From assembly GCA_965217095.1 (NCBI GenBank), contig OZ244235.1, positions 3,829,319-3,893,318 on the forward strand: 64,000 nt of DNA. The letters run 5' to 3'. This document shows, one piece after another, positions 39,646 to 49,330 of the stretch (positions are counted from its first letter, which is position 1; every line of letters begins with the position of its first letter). The notes under the pieces are model-generated. The model ran no database searches. It saw nothing but the letters and a program-made list of their open reading frames with translations, and was not told where the DNA came from. This DNA is from Candidatus Latescibacterota bacterium. Its GTDB lineage: Bacteria > Latescibacterota > UBA2968 > UBA8231. Position numbers and translations under genes: made by a program.

Positions 39646-41916
39646 TCAGGCCACCTGTTTTTCGGGTGCTTCGGGTGCTTCGGGCGCCTCGGAGGTTTCA
39701 GAACGGGTGTATTTGCAGATCCGGCAATGAAGCGACGACTGTTCGCCGCGGCTTGTGCGTTCGTAGAGGAGTGGCGCCTCGCATTGCGGACAGGTTTCGT
39801 CGACGGGTTTGTCCCAGCTGGCAAACTTGCAGTTGGGATAATTGTTGCAACCGTAGAACACCTTGCCGCGCCGAGATTGTTTCTCGACGATCTGCCCACC
39901 GCACTTGTCTTCGGGACAGCCGATACCCAGCAGGAACGGTTTGACCCCTTTGCATTCCGGATACCGGGTGCAGGCGATGAACCGACCGTAGCGGCCGGTC
40001 TTGACCACCATGGGAGCGCCGCATTCGTCGCAGATCTCGTCTGTGTCCGGCTGTTCCTGTTCCCCCTCCAGCGGTTTGGTATTCTTGCATTCGGGATAGC
40101 CGGGGCAGGCCAGGAAACGACCGTTGCGCCCCCACTTGATGACCATGTTCCGGCCGCACTCTTCACACACAATCGACGACTCTTCCTGCAGCGATTGTTT
40201 CAGTTCCCGTCGGCGTTCATTGGCATCTTTGAGAATATCCTTCCAGGAACCGTAGAACTCGCGCACCGAATCGACCCAGTCGGCTTTGCCGTCCTCGATC
40301 TGATCCAGCTTGTCCTCCATCTTCGCGGTAAACTCGACGTTGAATACCTCGGGAAACGTCTCCACCAGAAGTTTGTTCACGGTGTGGCCCCGCTCGGTGG
40401 CCATGAAGGCGCGGTTGTCGGTCTTCTCGACGTATTCGCGATCCTGAATCGTGGTGATGATCTGCGCATAGGTGGAGGGCCGACCGATGCCCTGAGCTTC
40501 GAGCTCCTTCACCAGCGACGCTTCGGTAAATCTGGGCGGCGGTTTGGTGAAGTGCTGCTCTGGGAACAGTTCTCCCAAGGTCAGCTTGTCCCCGTCGGCA
40601 ATGTCAGATGGAAGCTTGCTGACGTTTTCCTCCTCCTCATCCTCCTTGTCCTTGCTCTCGGTGTAGAGCAGAGTAAAGCCGGGAAACTTCACCGAGCTTC
40701 CGTTGGCACGCAGCAGGTGATCGCCGGCGTCGATGTCGACGGATATCAGATCCATGACCTGCGGTTGCATCTGCGAAGCGACGAACCGCTTCCAAATCAG
40801 GTCGTAAACGCGGGCTTGATCGTTGGTGAGCAGCTCCCTGATGTTCTGTGGCTCAATCGCCACGGAGGTGGGACGAATCGCCTCGTGGGCGTCCTGAGCG
40901 CCGCGCTTGGCGCGGTATCTGTTTGCTTCTTTTGGCAGATATTCAGCGCCGTACTTCTCGTCGATCCGCGTGCGCACCTCGTCAATCGCATCGTCTGAAA
41001 CGCGCGTCGAGTCGGTACGCATGTAGGTGATGAGGCCGCGCACCTCACCCTCCATCTCGATTCCCTCGTAGAGCTGCTGGGCCACCATGTCGGTGCGTTT
41101 GACCGAGAAGCGCAGACGACGGGCGCACTCCTGCTGCAGCGTGCTGGTGGTAAACGGAGGCGCCGGTTTGCGGCGTTGCTCCCGCTTTTTGACCGACTTT
41201 ACCGAGTAGCTCGACTTGCCCAAGGCCGCCACCAGCCGGTTCGATTGCTCTTCGTTGCCGATCTCGACCTTCTCGCCACCCGCCTGCAACAGGCGAGCTT
41301 TGAAAAACTCGCCCTCGGTTTTAGAAAGCGTGGCATCGATCGACCAGTACTCCACCGGGTCGAAGGCGGATATCTCGCTGTCCCGTTCGCAGATGAGACG
41401 CAACGCTACCGACTGGACGCGGCCGGCGGAAAGCCCAGAGTGAATTACCTTCCACAGGAGCGGGCTGATCTCGTACCCCACCAATCGATCCAACACCCGC
41501 CGGGCCTGCTGAGCATTCACCTTCTCCAAGTCGAGCTCCTTCGACTTGTCGATGGATTCACGCACCGCTCGCGGTGTGATTTCGTTGAAGAGAATCCGGC
41601 GCAGATTGTCTTCTTTTTTGGCGATCGCCTGACCGACGTGCCAGGCTATAGCTTCTCCCTCGCGGTCTGGGTCAGTCGCCAGATAAATGGTGTCGGCGGT
41701 GCTGGCCACTTTACGCAACTCTGCCAGAACCTTGCCCTTGCCCCGTATGGTGACGTAGCGCGGTTTGAAGTTGTCATCCAGATCGATGCCCAGTTCCTTC
41801 GGTGGCAGATCGCGCACGTGACCCATGCACGATTTCACCACGAAATCCGAGCCGAGGATCTTGTTGATGGTTTTTGCTTTAGCCGGTGATTCAACTACGA
41901 CCAGCGATTTACCCAT
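39646..41916 (-). CDS. topA: DNA topoisomerase I
   Basis: VESPAKAKTI, DPDREGE, SAGRVQS, ITYMRTDS, C-terminal Zn ribbons. Confidence 0.97.
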   Translation of the reverse strand: MGKSLVVVESPAKAKTINKILGSDFVVKSCMGHVRDLPPKELGIDLDDNFKPRYVTIRGKGKVLAELRKVASTADTIYLATDPDREGEAIAWHVGQAIAKKEDNLRRILFNEITPRAVRESIDKSKELDLEKVNAQQARRVLDRLVGYEISPLLWKVIHSGLSAGRVQSVALRLICERDSEISAFDPVEYWSIDATLSKTEGEFFKARLLQAGGEKVEIGNEEQSNRLVAALGKSSYSVKSVKKREQRRKPAPPFTTSTLQQECARRLRFSVKRTDMVAQQLYEGIEMEGEVRGLITYMRTDSTRVSDDAIDEVRTRIDEKYGAEYLPKEANRYRAKRGAQDAHEAIRPTSVAIEPQNIRELLTNDQARVYDLIWKRFVASQMQPQVMDLISVDIDAGDHLLRANGSSVKFPGFTLLYTESKDKEDEEEENVSKLPSDIADGDKLTLGELFPEQHFTKPPPRFTEASLVKELEAQGIGRPSTYAQIITTIQDREYVEKTDNRAFMATERGHTVNKLLVETFPEVFNVEFTAKMEDKLDQIEDGKADWVDSVREFYGSWKDILKDANERRRELKQSLQEESSIVCEECGRNMVIKWGRNGRFLACPGYPECKNTKPLEGEQEQPDTDEICDECGAPMVVKTGRYGRFIACTRYPECKGVKPFLLGIGCPEDKCGGQIVEKQSRRGKVFYGCNNYPNCKFASWDKPVDETCPQCEAPLLYERTSRGEQSSLHCRICKYTRSETSEAPEAPEAPEKQVA

Positions 41917-42079
41917 GGTTATTTACCTCAGTTCTCCTACCGCTTATAGGTCGAATATTTGTATTTACCTAATATAGATATATGTAGCGCTGTCAATTCG
42001 GCCAATATAGGGAAGCCATTTCAGGTTCGCAACAAGGGTTCTTGACACCAGGTTCTCGGAACCGATCTTGAGCGACGCC

Positions 42080-42856
42080 ATGATTCCGTCGAAAAACGCC
42101 AGAGAAATCGAGCTGATCCGGGGCAGCTGTCGCATCGTCGTCGAGGTGCAGCGGGCCCTAGAACAGGTTGTGGCACCAGGAGTTAGCACCGAGGAGTTGG
42201 ATGCGCTGGCGGAGAAAACGATTCGCCAGCACGGAGCGATTCCGGCCTTCAAAGGATATCACGGCTTCCCGGCGTCGATCTGCGCCTCCATAAACTCCGA
42301 AACCGTTCACGGCGTTCCCGGTGCCCGCAGATTGAGCGATAAGGATGTGCTGAGCATCGACGTTGGCGTCCAAAAAGATGGGTTCTTCGGCGATTCCGCC
42401 TTCACGCTTGGTGTAGGGTCTGTCCAGCCGGCCCACGAAATACTCATCGACGCCACCCGCCGTTGTCTTCAGGCGGGCATCGCCGCAGCCCGGTCCGGCA
42501 ACCGGGTCTCCGACATCTCACATGCTATTGAAAAACAGGCAGATGCCGACGGCCTGAAGCCGATTCGCGAGTTTGGAGGCCACGGTATCGGACGTGCCCT
42601 CCACGAAGATCCCAGCATTCTCAACCACGGCAAGCCGGGCCAAGGTCCCCTTCTGCGCCCCGGTTTGGTGGTGGCGATCGAACCTATCATGGTCCTGGGG
42701 GAACCGGAGCTCGAAACGGGCGCCGACGGTTGGACCGAGGTGACGTGCAGCGGCGACTACACGGCACATTTCGAGCATACGGTGGTCATCACCGAGGATG
42801 GGCCGGAGATCCTCACAGCGCAGACGGCGCGCTCGGAACCGATCCTGAGGAACTGA
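42080..42856 (+). CDS. map: methionine aminopeptidase type I
   Basis: FKGYHGFP, GDSA, GHGIG..LHE, AIEP, HFEHT. Confidence 0.95.
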   Translation: MIPSKNAREIELIRGSCRIVVEVQRALEQVVAPGVSTEELDALAEKTIRQHGAIPAFKGYHGFPASICASINSETVHGVPGARRLSDKDVLSIDVGVQKDGFFGDSAFTLGVGSVQPAHEILIDATRRCLQAGIAAARSGNRVSDISHAIEKQADADGLKPIREFGGHGIGRALHEDPSILNHGKPGQGPLLRPGLVVAIEPIMVLGEPELETGADGWTEVTCSGDYTAHFEHTVVITEDGPEILTAQTARSEPILRN

Positions 42857-42946
42857 CGGGCGCGACTCTCTCCTCCTGCACAGCGACTCGAACGCGGCGG
42901 TGAGGCACCCGTCCATCGGACACATGAACCGCCTACGAGATGTTGC

Positions 42947-43720
42947 ATGAGGGTCACTTTTCTTGGCACGGGGACGTCGGTAGGAGTTCCGCGTATCGCG
43001 TGCCGGTGTCCCGTTTGTCGGTCCGACAACCCCAAGAACAAGCGGCTACGGTGCTCGATCCTCCTGGAATATGGCGACCATGTGGTCTTGGTGGATACCG
43101 GACCCGACCTTCGCACCCAAGCGTTGCGGTACGAAATCGACCGCGTCGATGCAGTGCTCCTTACCCACAGTCACGCCGATCACCTCCACGGCCTGGACGA
43201 CATTCGCGGCTATTGCTTCTCGATGGAAGGACCGATGCCATGTTACGCCGACCGGACGACGATGGAGCGGATCAATCTGGTCTTCGGGTACGCCTTCGAT
43301 TCGCCGTACAAACACTCCCTGCCCCAGCTGGATCTAAGGTTGATCGACGGCCCGTTCGAGCTGTTTGGAAGCGAGGTGGAACCGGTTGAAGTGCTGCATG
43401 GCCGTCTGCCCGTGCTGGGCTTTCGTATGGGCTCTTTTGCCTACGTCACCGACTGCAGCCATATCCCCGACGCGTCGCTTGAGCAACTTGCCGGATTGGA
43501 TACCCTCGTCCTGGACGCCCTGCGTCACAAAGAGCATCCAACTCACTTTACGCTGCAGCAGGCCCTCGACGTGGTCGAAGATCTCCAGCCCCGCATGACC
43601 TACTTCACACATATGGCCCACGACCTAGATCACGACGCAACCAACCGAGCCCTGCCCGACCACGCGCAGCTGGCCTACGACGGACTCGTGCTCGAACTCT
43701 ACCCGTCGAGACCCTACTGA
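42947..43720 (+). CDS. MBL-fold hydrolase (PhnP-like)
   Basis: LGTGTSVGVP, THSHADHLHG, THMAH. Confidence 0.9.
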   Translation: MRVTFLGTGTSVGVPRIACRCPVCRSDNPKNKRLRCSILLEYGDHVVLVDTGPDLRTQALRYEIDRVDAVLLTHSHADHLHGLDDIRGYCFSMEGPMPCYADRTTMERINLVFGYAFDSPYKHSLPQLDLRLIDGPFELFGSEVEPVEVLHGRLPVLGFRMGSFAYVTDCSHIPDASLEQLAGLDTLVLDALRHKEHPTHFTLQQALDVVEDLQPRMTYFTHMAHDLDHDATNRALPDHAQLAYDGLVLELYPSRPY

Positions 43721-43738
43721 GCCCTACGGCGAGTCACG

Positions 43739-43771
43739 AAAAAACGGCGCAACCTATAAAGGTCGCGCCGT
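43739..43771 (-). terminator. intrinsic terminator of nrdJ
   Basis: ACGGCGCGACCT-TTAT-AGGTTGCGCCGT followed by T-run on minus strand. Confidence 0.75.
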
Positions 43772-43885
43772 AATTTCATCTCCGACTGATACCCTAGTAA
43801 GCAGTTAGTCTCGTATCATTTCGATGGCGGAGGGAGCTTGGCTGGCCAGCCGCACGACGCAGGGCGGGATGGATCGACGCCACAA

Positions 43886-46261
43886 TCAGCACTTGGACCA
43901 ACCGCAATGCTTACAGCTCAAACAACCGCTTTCGTGGATGGTGGTGGCACCGCACTCCGGACAGGTTCCAAGTAGCTTCGCATCCCCCCCTACAACCTCG
44001 CTCCCCGTTCGTTGGCCAAGGTCACGAGTCTCTACATACTCTCCCGTGCGCCGCTGTACGTAGCGCTCCAACGCCTTGCCGATGGCATCCGGGGTGGAGA
44101 GAATCAGCTCTCCGTTCTCCCAAACCGGCGTGGGCCCGGAAATGCCCTTGAGCTCAAGTATCACCTCCTGAGGATCGATTCCCGACCTCAGGACCAGAGA
44201 TATGAGCCGACTGATCGCCTCGGACTGGGCAGCGGCATTGCCTCCTGCCTTGCCGATGGTGCTGAACACCTCGCACAGCCCCTTGTCATCTTCGTTGATC
44301 GTAACGTAGATGTTTCCCTCGCCAGTGCGCACCCGCTCTGTGACCCCTCGGGTTACCGCCGGGCGTTGGCGCGGGTGAAACCCTGCTCGCGGACGTTCCT
44401 CTGTCTCCTCCTGCGGCTCGGTGGCCTGCTCGGAAGCAGTGGCGTCAGACCGCAAGATACCTTCGCGGCTCCCCTCCCTGTACACCGTTACTCCCTTCAA
44501 TCCTTCTTTGTATGCAGTGACGTAGATATTCGCGACGGTTTCTACGCTGGTATCTACCGGCAGGTTCAGGGTCGAGGAGATGCTGCTGTCGGTGTATTTC
44601 TGGATAATACCTTGCATTTTGACTCGAAAGAAAGGATCGATGCTGTGGGCCGTGACCACGTGCTCGGGCAGGTCTTCGTCGCCTCCGAACAATCTTTTCA
44701 CCAACGGATGATACACCTTGTATTCGCGAAAGCTCTCGCCGTCGGCCTGTTTCACGCGCCGGGTATAGCTGGTGCAGAAGATCGGCTCGATGCCAGAGGT
44801 GGTTTCCGCCACGATCGACCCGGTGCCAACGGGCGGTACCGTGATCAGCGTGCTGTTGCGCAATCCGAATCTCTCGATCTTGTCCCGGATGCGGGTGGGC
44901 AGACTCTGGAAGAACTTGCTCTTGGAAATCCCCTCGAAATCAAACAGCGGGAACGGTTTCTTTTCTTGTGCGAGATCGATGGAGGTCTCGTAGGAGTTGT
45001 AGCAGATCGTTTGCATGATCTTCTCGACCGCATCCAGCGCCTCGTCCGAATCGTAGCGCAGACCCATCGCCAACAAAGCGTCCGCCAACCCGGTGATGCC
45101 TAGACCGACCCGCCGGTCTGACGCCACCGCATCCATGATCTTGGGCAGCGCGTGACGTTTCATGTTGTACTCGATCACGTTGTCGAGAAAACGGGTGGCG
45201 ATGCGGGTGCTATCCGCCAAATCGTTGAGATTTAACGTACCATCGTCGCGGACGAACTTTACCAGGTTGAGATTGCCCAGATTACACGCCGTGTAAGAAG
45301 CCAGCGGCTGCTCGCCGCACGGATTGGTGCTGGTCAGAGGATTGGCATACTCCACGTTGTGATATTCGCGCATCGTGTCCCAGAAGATGATGCCGGGCTC
45401 GGCGCTGGCATGCGCATTGGTAATGATCTTGTTCCACAGCGCGCGCGCCTTGACGGTGCGGAATACCTCCCCCCCCCACTTGAGATCGAAGTCGCCGTCG
45501 CCGAGCACCGCCTCCATAAACTCGTGCGTGACGAGCACGCTAATATTGGCGTACTGCACCTTGGTGCGGGATGAATCGTTCTTAATGGTGATGAAATCCT
45601 CGATATCCGGATGATCTACTCGCAGTGTTAGCATCAGCGCGCCGCGACGGCCCGCCTGGGACACCGCATTCGTGCTCTCGCTCAACAGATTCATGAACGC
45701 CGTGCAGCCGGGAGATTGGTCTACCGTGGCGTTTACCGCAGCGCCCTTGGGCCGGAGAACCGACAGATCTGTGCCCACACCGCCACCAGTGCGATAGACC
45801 ATGGCGGACTCGGAGATACAACGATAGATGCATTCGAGGCTGTCTTCTTCGATGGGAATGACGTAGCAATTGGACAGGGTCGGTTTGCGGCGGGCTTCTT
45901 CGCGGCCGGCGCCATGCATGACCCGCCCACCTGGGATGAACTTGAAATCCATCAGCAGCGAGAAGAAGCGGTCGTACCACAACTCGTTGTCCGTCTCCAC
46001 CGAAGCCATGGCGCGCGCGATGCGATCCCACATCTGCAGCGGTCCGGTCTCGCCCGGAGCTAGATATTTGGATCGCAACACGTCGATCGCCAGCTCATTG
46101 TCCTGGTAATAAGTCTCAGCGTCGGCAGCCTTCTTAAGCAGGGCATCGTGCCCGTTGCGCTTGAGGCCGTTGTCCTCCAGCTGCGCCAGCAGATCCTCTA
46201 GGCGGTGGACGGCTTCCGGGGTCTCGGAGACGGTCGGCTTCTTCGGTCGATGTGACGGCAT
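43886..46261 (-). CDS. nrdJ: class II (B12-dependent) ribonucleotide reductase with TSCPD domain
   Basis: LSNCY, TNPCGEQPL, PPVGT, VYREGSR, C-terminal CPEC...C..CG. Confidence 0.93.
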   Translation of the reverse strand: MPSHRPKKPTVSETPEAVHRLEDLLAQLEDNGLKRNGHDALLKKAADAETYYQDNELAIDVLRSKYLAPGETGPLQMWDRIARAMASVETDNELWYDRFFSLLMDFKFIPGGRVMHGAGREEARRKPTLSNCYVIPIEEDSLECIYRCISESAMVYRTGGGVGTDLSVLRPKGAAVNATVDQSPGCTAFMNLLSESTNAVSQAGRRGALMLTLRVDHPDIEDFITIKNDSSRTKVQYANISVLVTHEFMEAVLGDGDFDLKWGGEVFRTVKARALWNKIITNAHASAEPGIIFWDTMREYHNVEYANPLTSTNPCGEQPLASYTACNLGNLNLVKFVRDDGTLNLNDLADSTRIATRFLDNVIEYNMKRHALPKIMDAVASDRRVGLGITGLADALLAMGLRYDSDEALDAVEKIMQTICYNSYETSIDLAQEKKPFPLFDFEGISKSKFFQSLPTRIRDKIERFGLRNSTLITVPPVGTGSIVAETTSGIEPIFCTSYTRRVKQADGESFREYKVYHPLVKRLFGGDEDLPEHVVTAHSIDPFFRVKMQGIIQKYTDSSISSTLNLPVDTSVETVANIYVTAYKEGLKGVTVYREGSREGILRSDATASEQATEPQEETEERPRAGFHPRQRPAVTRGVTERVRTGEGNIYVTINEDDKGLCEVFSTIGKAGGNAAAQSEAISRLISLVLRSGIDPQEVILELKGISGPTPVWENGELILSTPDAIGKALERYVQRRTGEYVETRDLGQRTGSEVVGGDAKLLGTCPECGATTIHESGCLSCKHCGWSKC

Positions 46262-46389
46262 TATCCCTTCCTCTACAGCGAAAACTCCCCGTTTCGGTAG
46301 CCCTTGAAATAGCCCGGATACCGGCGGAAATCAGGGAAAACTTGGGTTTAGAACGATAAACGGGGAGTCGTGCGTGGTCAACCGGAAAT

Positions 46390-46437
46390 ACACAGTATCT
46401 CAAGCTGCAGGCAGCTTCAGCACACAATATCTTGTGT
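46390..46437. promoter_or_regulatory. tandem NrdR boxes
   Basis: ACACAATATCTTGTGT (46422-46437) and weaker ACACAGTATCTCAAGC (46390-46405), 32 bp apart, just downstream of TTGACA-17-TATTTT (46450-46478). Confidence 0.85.
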
Positions 46438-46587
46438 TGAAGCTCTCCAAAAATATCGGCCTGAGACGACCTTGTCAAGCGGTTTTTTTGGAAGCCTTGT
46501 TTTAGCTGTTTCCACGCTCGAAGAGGCTAGAGATCGTGGTTGAAGACGGAGGACGGCGGGACGGTAGACTCCGGTTGAACATGGTGC

Positions 46588-47037
46588 TTAATTTGCCAGC
46601 TGCTCCAGCTCGCGAACAAAATCGCTGCGGTCTTTGAACTGGCGATAAACCGAGGCGAAGCGCACGTACGCGACCTCGTTGAGACCACGTAGATGCTCCA
46701 TCACCTGCTCGCCGATTTCGCTCGACGGGATCTCTTTTTCGTTCATGTTGCCTAGGGCCGTTTCGACGAGATCCACCAACTCTTCGATCTGGTCGATGGG
46801 AACGGTGGTTTTGTAACAAGCTAGCCGGATCTTCGCCAGCAATTTGCTGCGATCGAACGGTTCGCGACGGCCATCGGCTTTAATTACGGTGAGCGGAACG
46901 TTTTCGATGTATTCGTAGGTAGTGAAGCGGCGGTTGCAGTCGAGACATTCCCGACGCCGGCGAATCGCCATCCCTTCTCGGCAGGAACGCGAATCCACCA
47001 CCTTGTCATCTTCGTGATTGCAAAATGGGCACCGCAT
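46588..47037 (-). CDS. nrdR: NrdR repressor
   Basis: MRCPFC...RRRREC..C..RFTTYE, ATP cone, YVRFASVY. Confidence 0.97.
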   Translation of the reverse strand: MRCPFCNHEDDKVVDSRSCREGMAIRRRRECLDCNRRFTTYEYIENVPLTVIKADGRREPFDRSKLLAKIRLACYKTTVPIDQIEELVDLVETALGNMNEKEIPSSEIGEQVMEHLRGLNEVAYVRFASVYRQFKDRSDFVRELEQLAN

Positions 47038-47193
47038 GGAGGGACCTCCTGGTGACTGCCCTGAAACCGTCGGGCAGACGCGATGTGGCTAAACGGTCGT
47101 CCTGGGGAGGAGCATCGAGGCGGGGATCGTCCTGCGAACTACCTGCTTAGGATAATAAAAACAGCATGATATGGCAACTCTGCGGCGGGTGAA

Positions 47194-47844
47194 CTAGTGC
47201 AGCTGGAAAGAAATGGGAAGGGTGACTTCGACGGAAACGGGGCGATCGTTCTGCATGGCAGGGGAAAAAACCCACTGCCATATCACGTCGGTTGCGGCTT
47301 GATGGAAAACCTCGGGTCCGGTCACCGCCAGCACCTTCTTGACCCGACCATCCTTTCCCAGGAGCACGCGAACGAAGACCTTGCCTTCGATATTCGCCTT
47401 GCGCGCGATCTCCGGATATTTTGGATTGACCGCCTTGATAGCTTTGGGCTGGGCTTCGGCCATCCACAAAGGCACCACCTCATCCTCTTCCTCCAGGTCG
47501 AGATCAGCCGTGTCGTCCAAGGGCGGCGGTGGTAGCAGCCCCTCCAGGTCGAGATCCAGATCTGTCGTCTCTATAGTGGCGTCTTCTGGAATATCCAGAT
47601 CGTCGGAAGCCACAGGAACTACAGGGCGAGGCGGCGGCGGCGGCCGCCGTTGCTGTGCCGTTTCGGGAATCTGCTCCAGCTGAATGATGATCTGCTGCTG
47701 CGGTTTTGAATACGCCTTGAAGTCGAAACTCGGGAAAACCACAAACAGCATCGCGTGGAGCAAGACCGACACCCCCATCGAGGCCCACAACAGTTTTCGA
47801 TACCCGAGCTTCAGATCCGCTTCCGGTTGTTTGCCGCGGATCAT
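47194..47844 (-). CDS. tonB: TonB family energy transducer
   Basis: TM anchor with S..LH, Pro-rich linker, PKYPEIAR...G.V. Confidence 0.9.
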   Translation of the reverse strand: MIRGKQPEADLKLGYRKLLWASMGVSVLLHAMLFVVFPSFDFKAYSKPQQQIIIQLEQIPETAQQRRPPPPPRPVVPVASDDLDIPEDATIETTDLDLDLEGLLPPPPLDDTADLDLEEEDEVVPLWMAEAQPKAIKAVNPKYPEIARKANIEGKVFVRVLLGKDGRVKKVLAVTGPEVFHQAATDVIWQWVFSPAMQNDRPVSVEVTLPISFQLH

Positions 47845-48251
47845 TTGTCCTCGCGTCCGGTGGCAAAATTGACGCGCAGCGCCTCTACCTTGCGAAGCTC
47901 CTGCAGCACGTCTGAAATCAAACCGAATTCCGCGGCTCCGTCTCCCTTTATGGAGACCACAACCCGCGGATTTACCGTGAGTTTTTCGTGTATGCGCCGA
48001 CCCACCTGATCGAGCCCGATATTCTGATCATCGATGTTGATGACGCCGGTCGGTCCCACCCAGATGTTGGTCACGTCGCGCCGGCTCTCGAGCTTCTCGA
48101 CCTTTTCCGCTGTGGGCAGTTCGACCGGAATACCGCGAAAACGAACGAAGACGGTCGAAACCATAAAGAAGACCAGCAACAGGAAAGATATGTCCGCCAT
48201 CGATGCCGTGGGGATAGCGTTGGCAACTCGTGCCTTGCGTCGGAACCTCAT
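47841..48251 (-). CDS. exbD: ExbD/TolR
   Basis: IPTASMADISFLLLVFFMV. Confidence 0.92.
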   Translation of the reverse strand: MRFRRKARVANAIPTASMADISFLLLVFFMVSTVFVRFRGIPVELPTAEKVEKLESRRDVTNIWVGPTGVINIDDQNIGLDQVGRRIHEKLTVNPRVVVSIKGDGAAEFGLISDVLQELRKVEALRVNFATGREDK

Positions 48252-48254
48252 TGC

Positions 48255-48668
48255 TTACTCTTCCGGATTGGCTATGGAGATGCGGGTGGCCCCGGCCAGC
48301 TTCAGCTCGTCGAGGACGTCGACGAACATACGATAGCTGGCGCCCCGTTCAGCTTTGAGGGAAATGATCAGCTTCTCGTTCTCGCTCAGGCGGCGCTCGA
48401 TATCGGCCTTGAGGGCGCTAAACTCGATCGTGTTCAGGTTCTCGTTCTCGTAGTAGGCGATCTGGTCTCGGGCGTTGATCCAGACATTGCAGATGTTCTT
48501 CTTCCGCACCTCCTTGGTCTCGGCGACCGGAGGTAACTGCAACGACAGCCCTTTGTCCTGGTTCATGGTGGTCGTCACCAGAAAGAAAGCGATAAGCAGG
48601 AAGGCGATGTCCGCCATCGACGCTGTTGGAATTTCCGGTCCGACCCGCCGAACCCGTGGTCGCAGCAT
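48255..48668 (-). CDS. exbD: ExbD/TolR
   Basis: IPTASMADIAFLLIAFFLV. Confidence 0.92.
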   Translation of the reverse strand: MLRPRVRRVGPEIPTASMADIAFLLIAFFLVTTTMNQDKGLSLQLPPVAETKEVRKKNICNVWINARDQIAYYENENLNTIEFSALKADIERRLSENEKLIISLKAERGASYRMFVDVLDELKLAGATRISIANPEE

Positions 48669-48677
48669 GGTTGCGCC

Positions 48678-49301
48678 TCAGCCGCTGCTCTTCGAGCCGG
48701 CGATATCCGCGAGAATATCTACCAGGGCGGCGGTGTGCTCCTGCATGTCCGAGATGATTCGGTCGATGCGCGAGGCGAACAGGTTGTGGAAGAACTGAAT
48801 GATGATGCCAACGATGAGACCTGAAGCGGTGGTAATCAGCGCTTCGGAGATACCTCCTGCCACTTCGGCCGGAACCACATCGCCGCGCTGCTTGATCGCC
48901 TGAAACGCGTTGATCATTCCACTGACTGTACCCAGAAAACCAACCATGGGGGCGAGGTTGGCGACGGTGGACAACCACACCATGCCCCGCTCGAGGAACC
49001 CCATCTCCACGGCCCCCGAGTTTTCGATGGCCTTTTCCACGTGATCTATGCCGCGCTCCAGCCGCATCAAGCCCGCATGAATCACCGAAGCCACGGGTCC
49101 ACGGGTTTCCGAGCAGAGCTTGGCGGCGCTGTCGGGGCCCTCGGAACGCAACGCGTTTTCGAGCTTGCCGAAGAAATCTTCCGCGTCAATGGCGGCGCGA
49201 GAGAGGGTTGTCCACCGCTCTATGGTCACGGCGACACCAAAAATCAACAGAATGAGTAGCGGCCACATAGCCCAGCCGCCGTCTTGAAAAAGCTGAATCA
49301 T
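48678..49301 (-). CDS. exbB: ExbB/TolQ/MotA proton channel
   Basis: APMVGFLGTVSGMI, GISEALITTA.GL. Confidence 0.93.
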   Translation of the reverse strand: MIQLFQDGGWAMWPLLILLIFGVAVTIERWTTLSRAAIDAEDFFGKLENALRSEGPDSAAKLCSETRGPVASVIHAGLMRLERGIDHVEKAIENSGAVEMGFLERGMVWLSTVANLAPMVGFLGTVSGMINAFQAIKQRGDVVPAEVAGGISEALITTASGLIVGIIIQFFHNLFASRIDRIISDMQEHTAALVDILADIAGSKSSG

Positions 49302-49330
49302 CGTTCCTCCTTCAGGTTTCCGTCAACCCG

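Noticed and set aside
39661-39690. 9-bp tandem repeat TTCGGGTGC
   Set aside because: Encodes the low-complexity EAP tail of TopA; not a CRISPR or regulatory array
39604-40998. Long antisense ORFs (also 36194-37504, 11798-12949, 44012-45103)
   Set aside because: Shadow ORFs opposite well-supported genes in GC-rich DNA
41963-41990. dif-like or NrdR-like AT-rich site upstream of topA
   Set aside because: Only about 7/11 match to the XerD arm and a poor XerC arm; better explained as the topA promoter region
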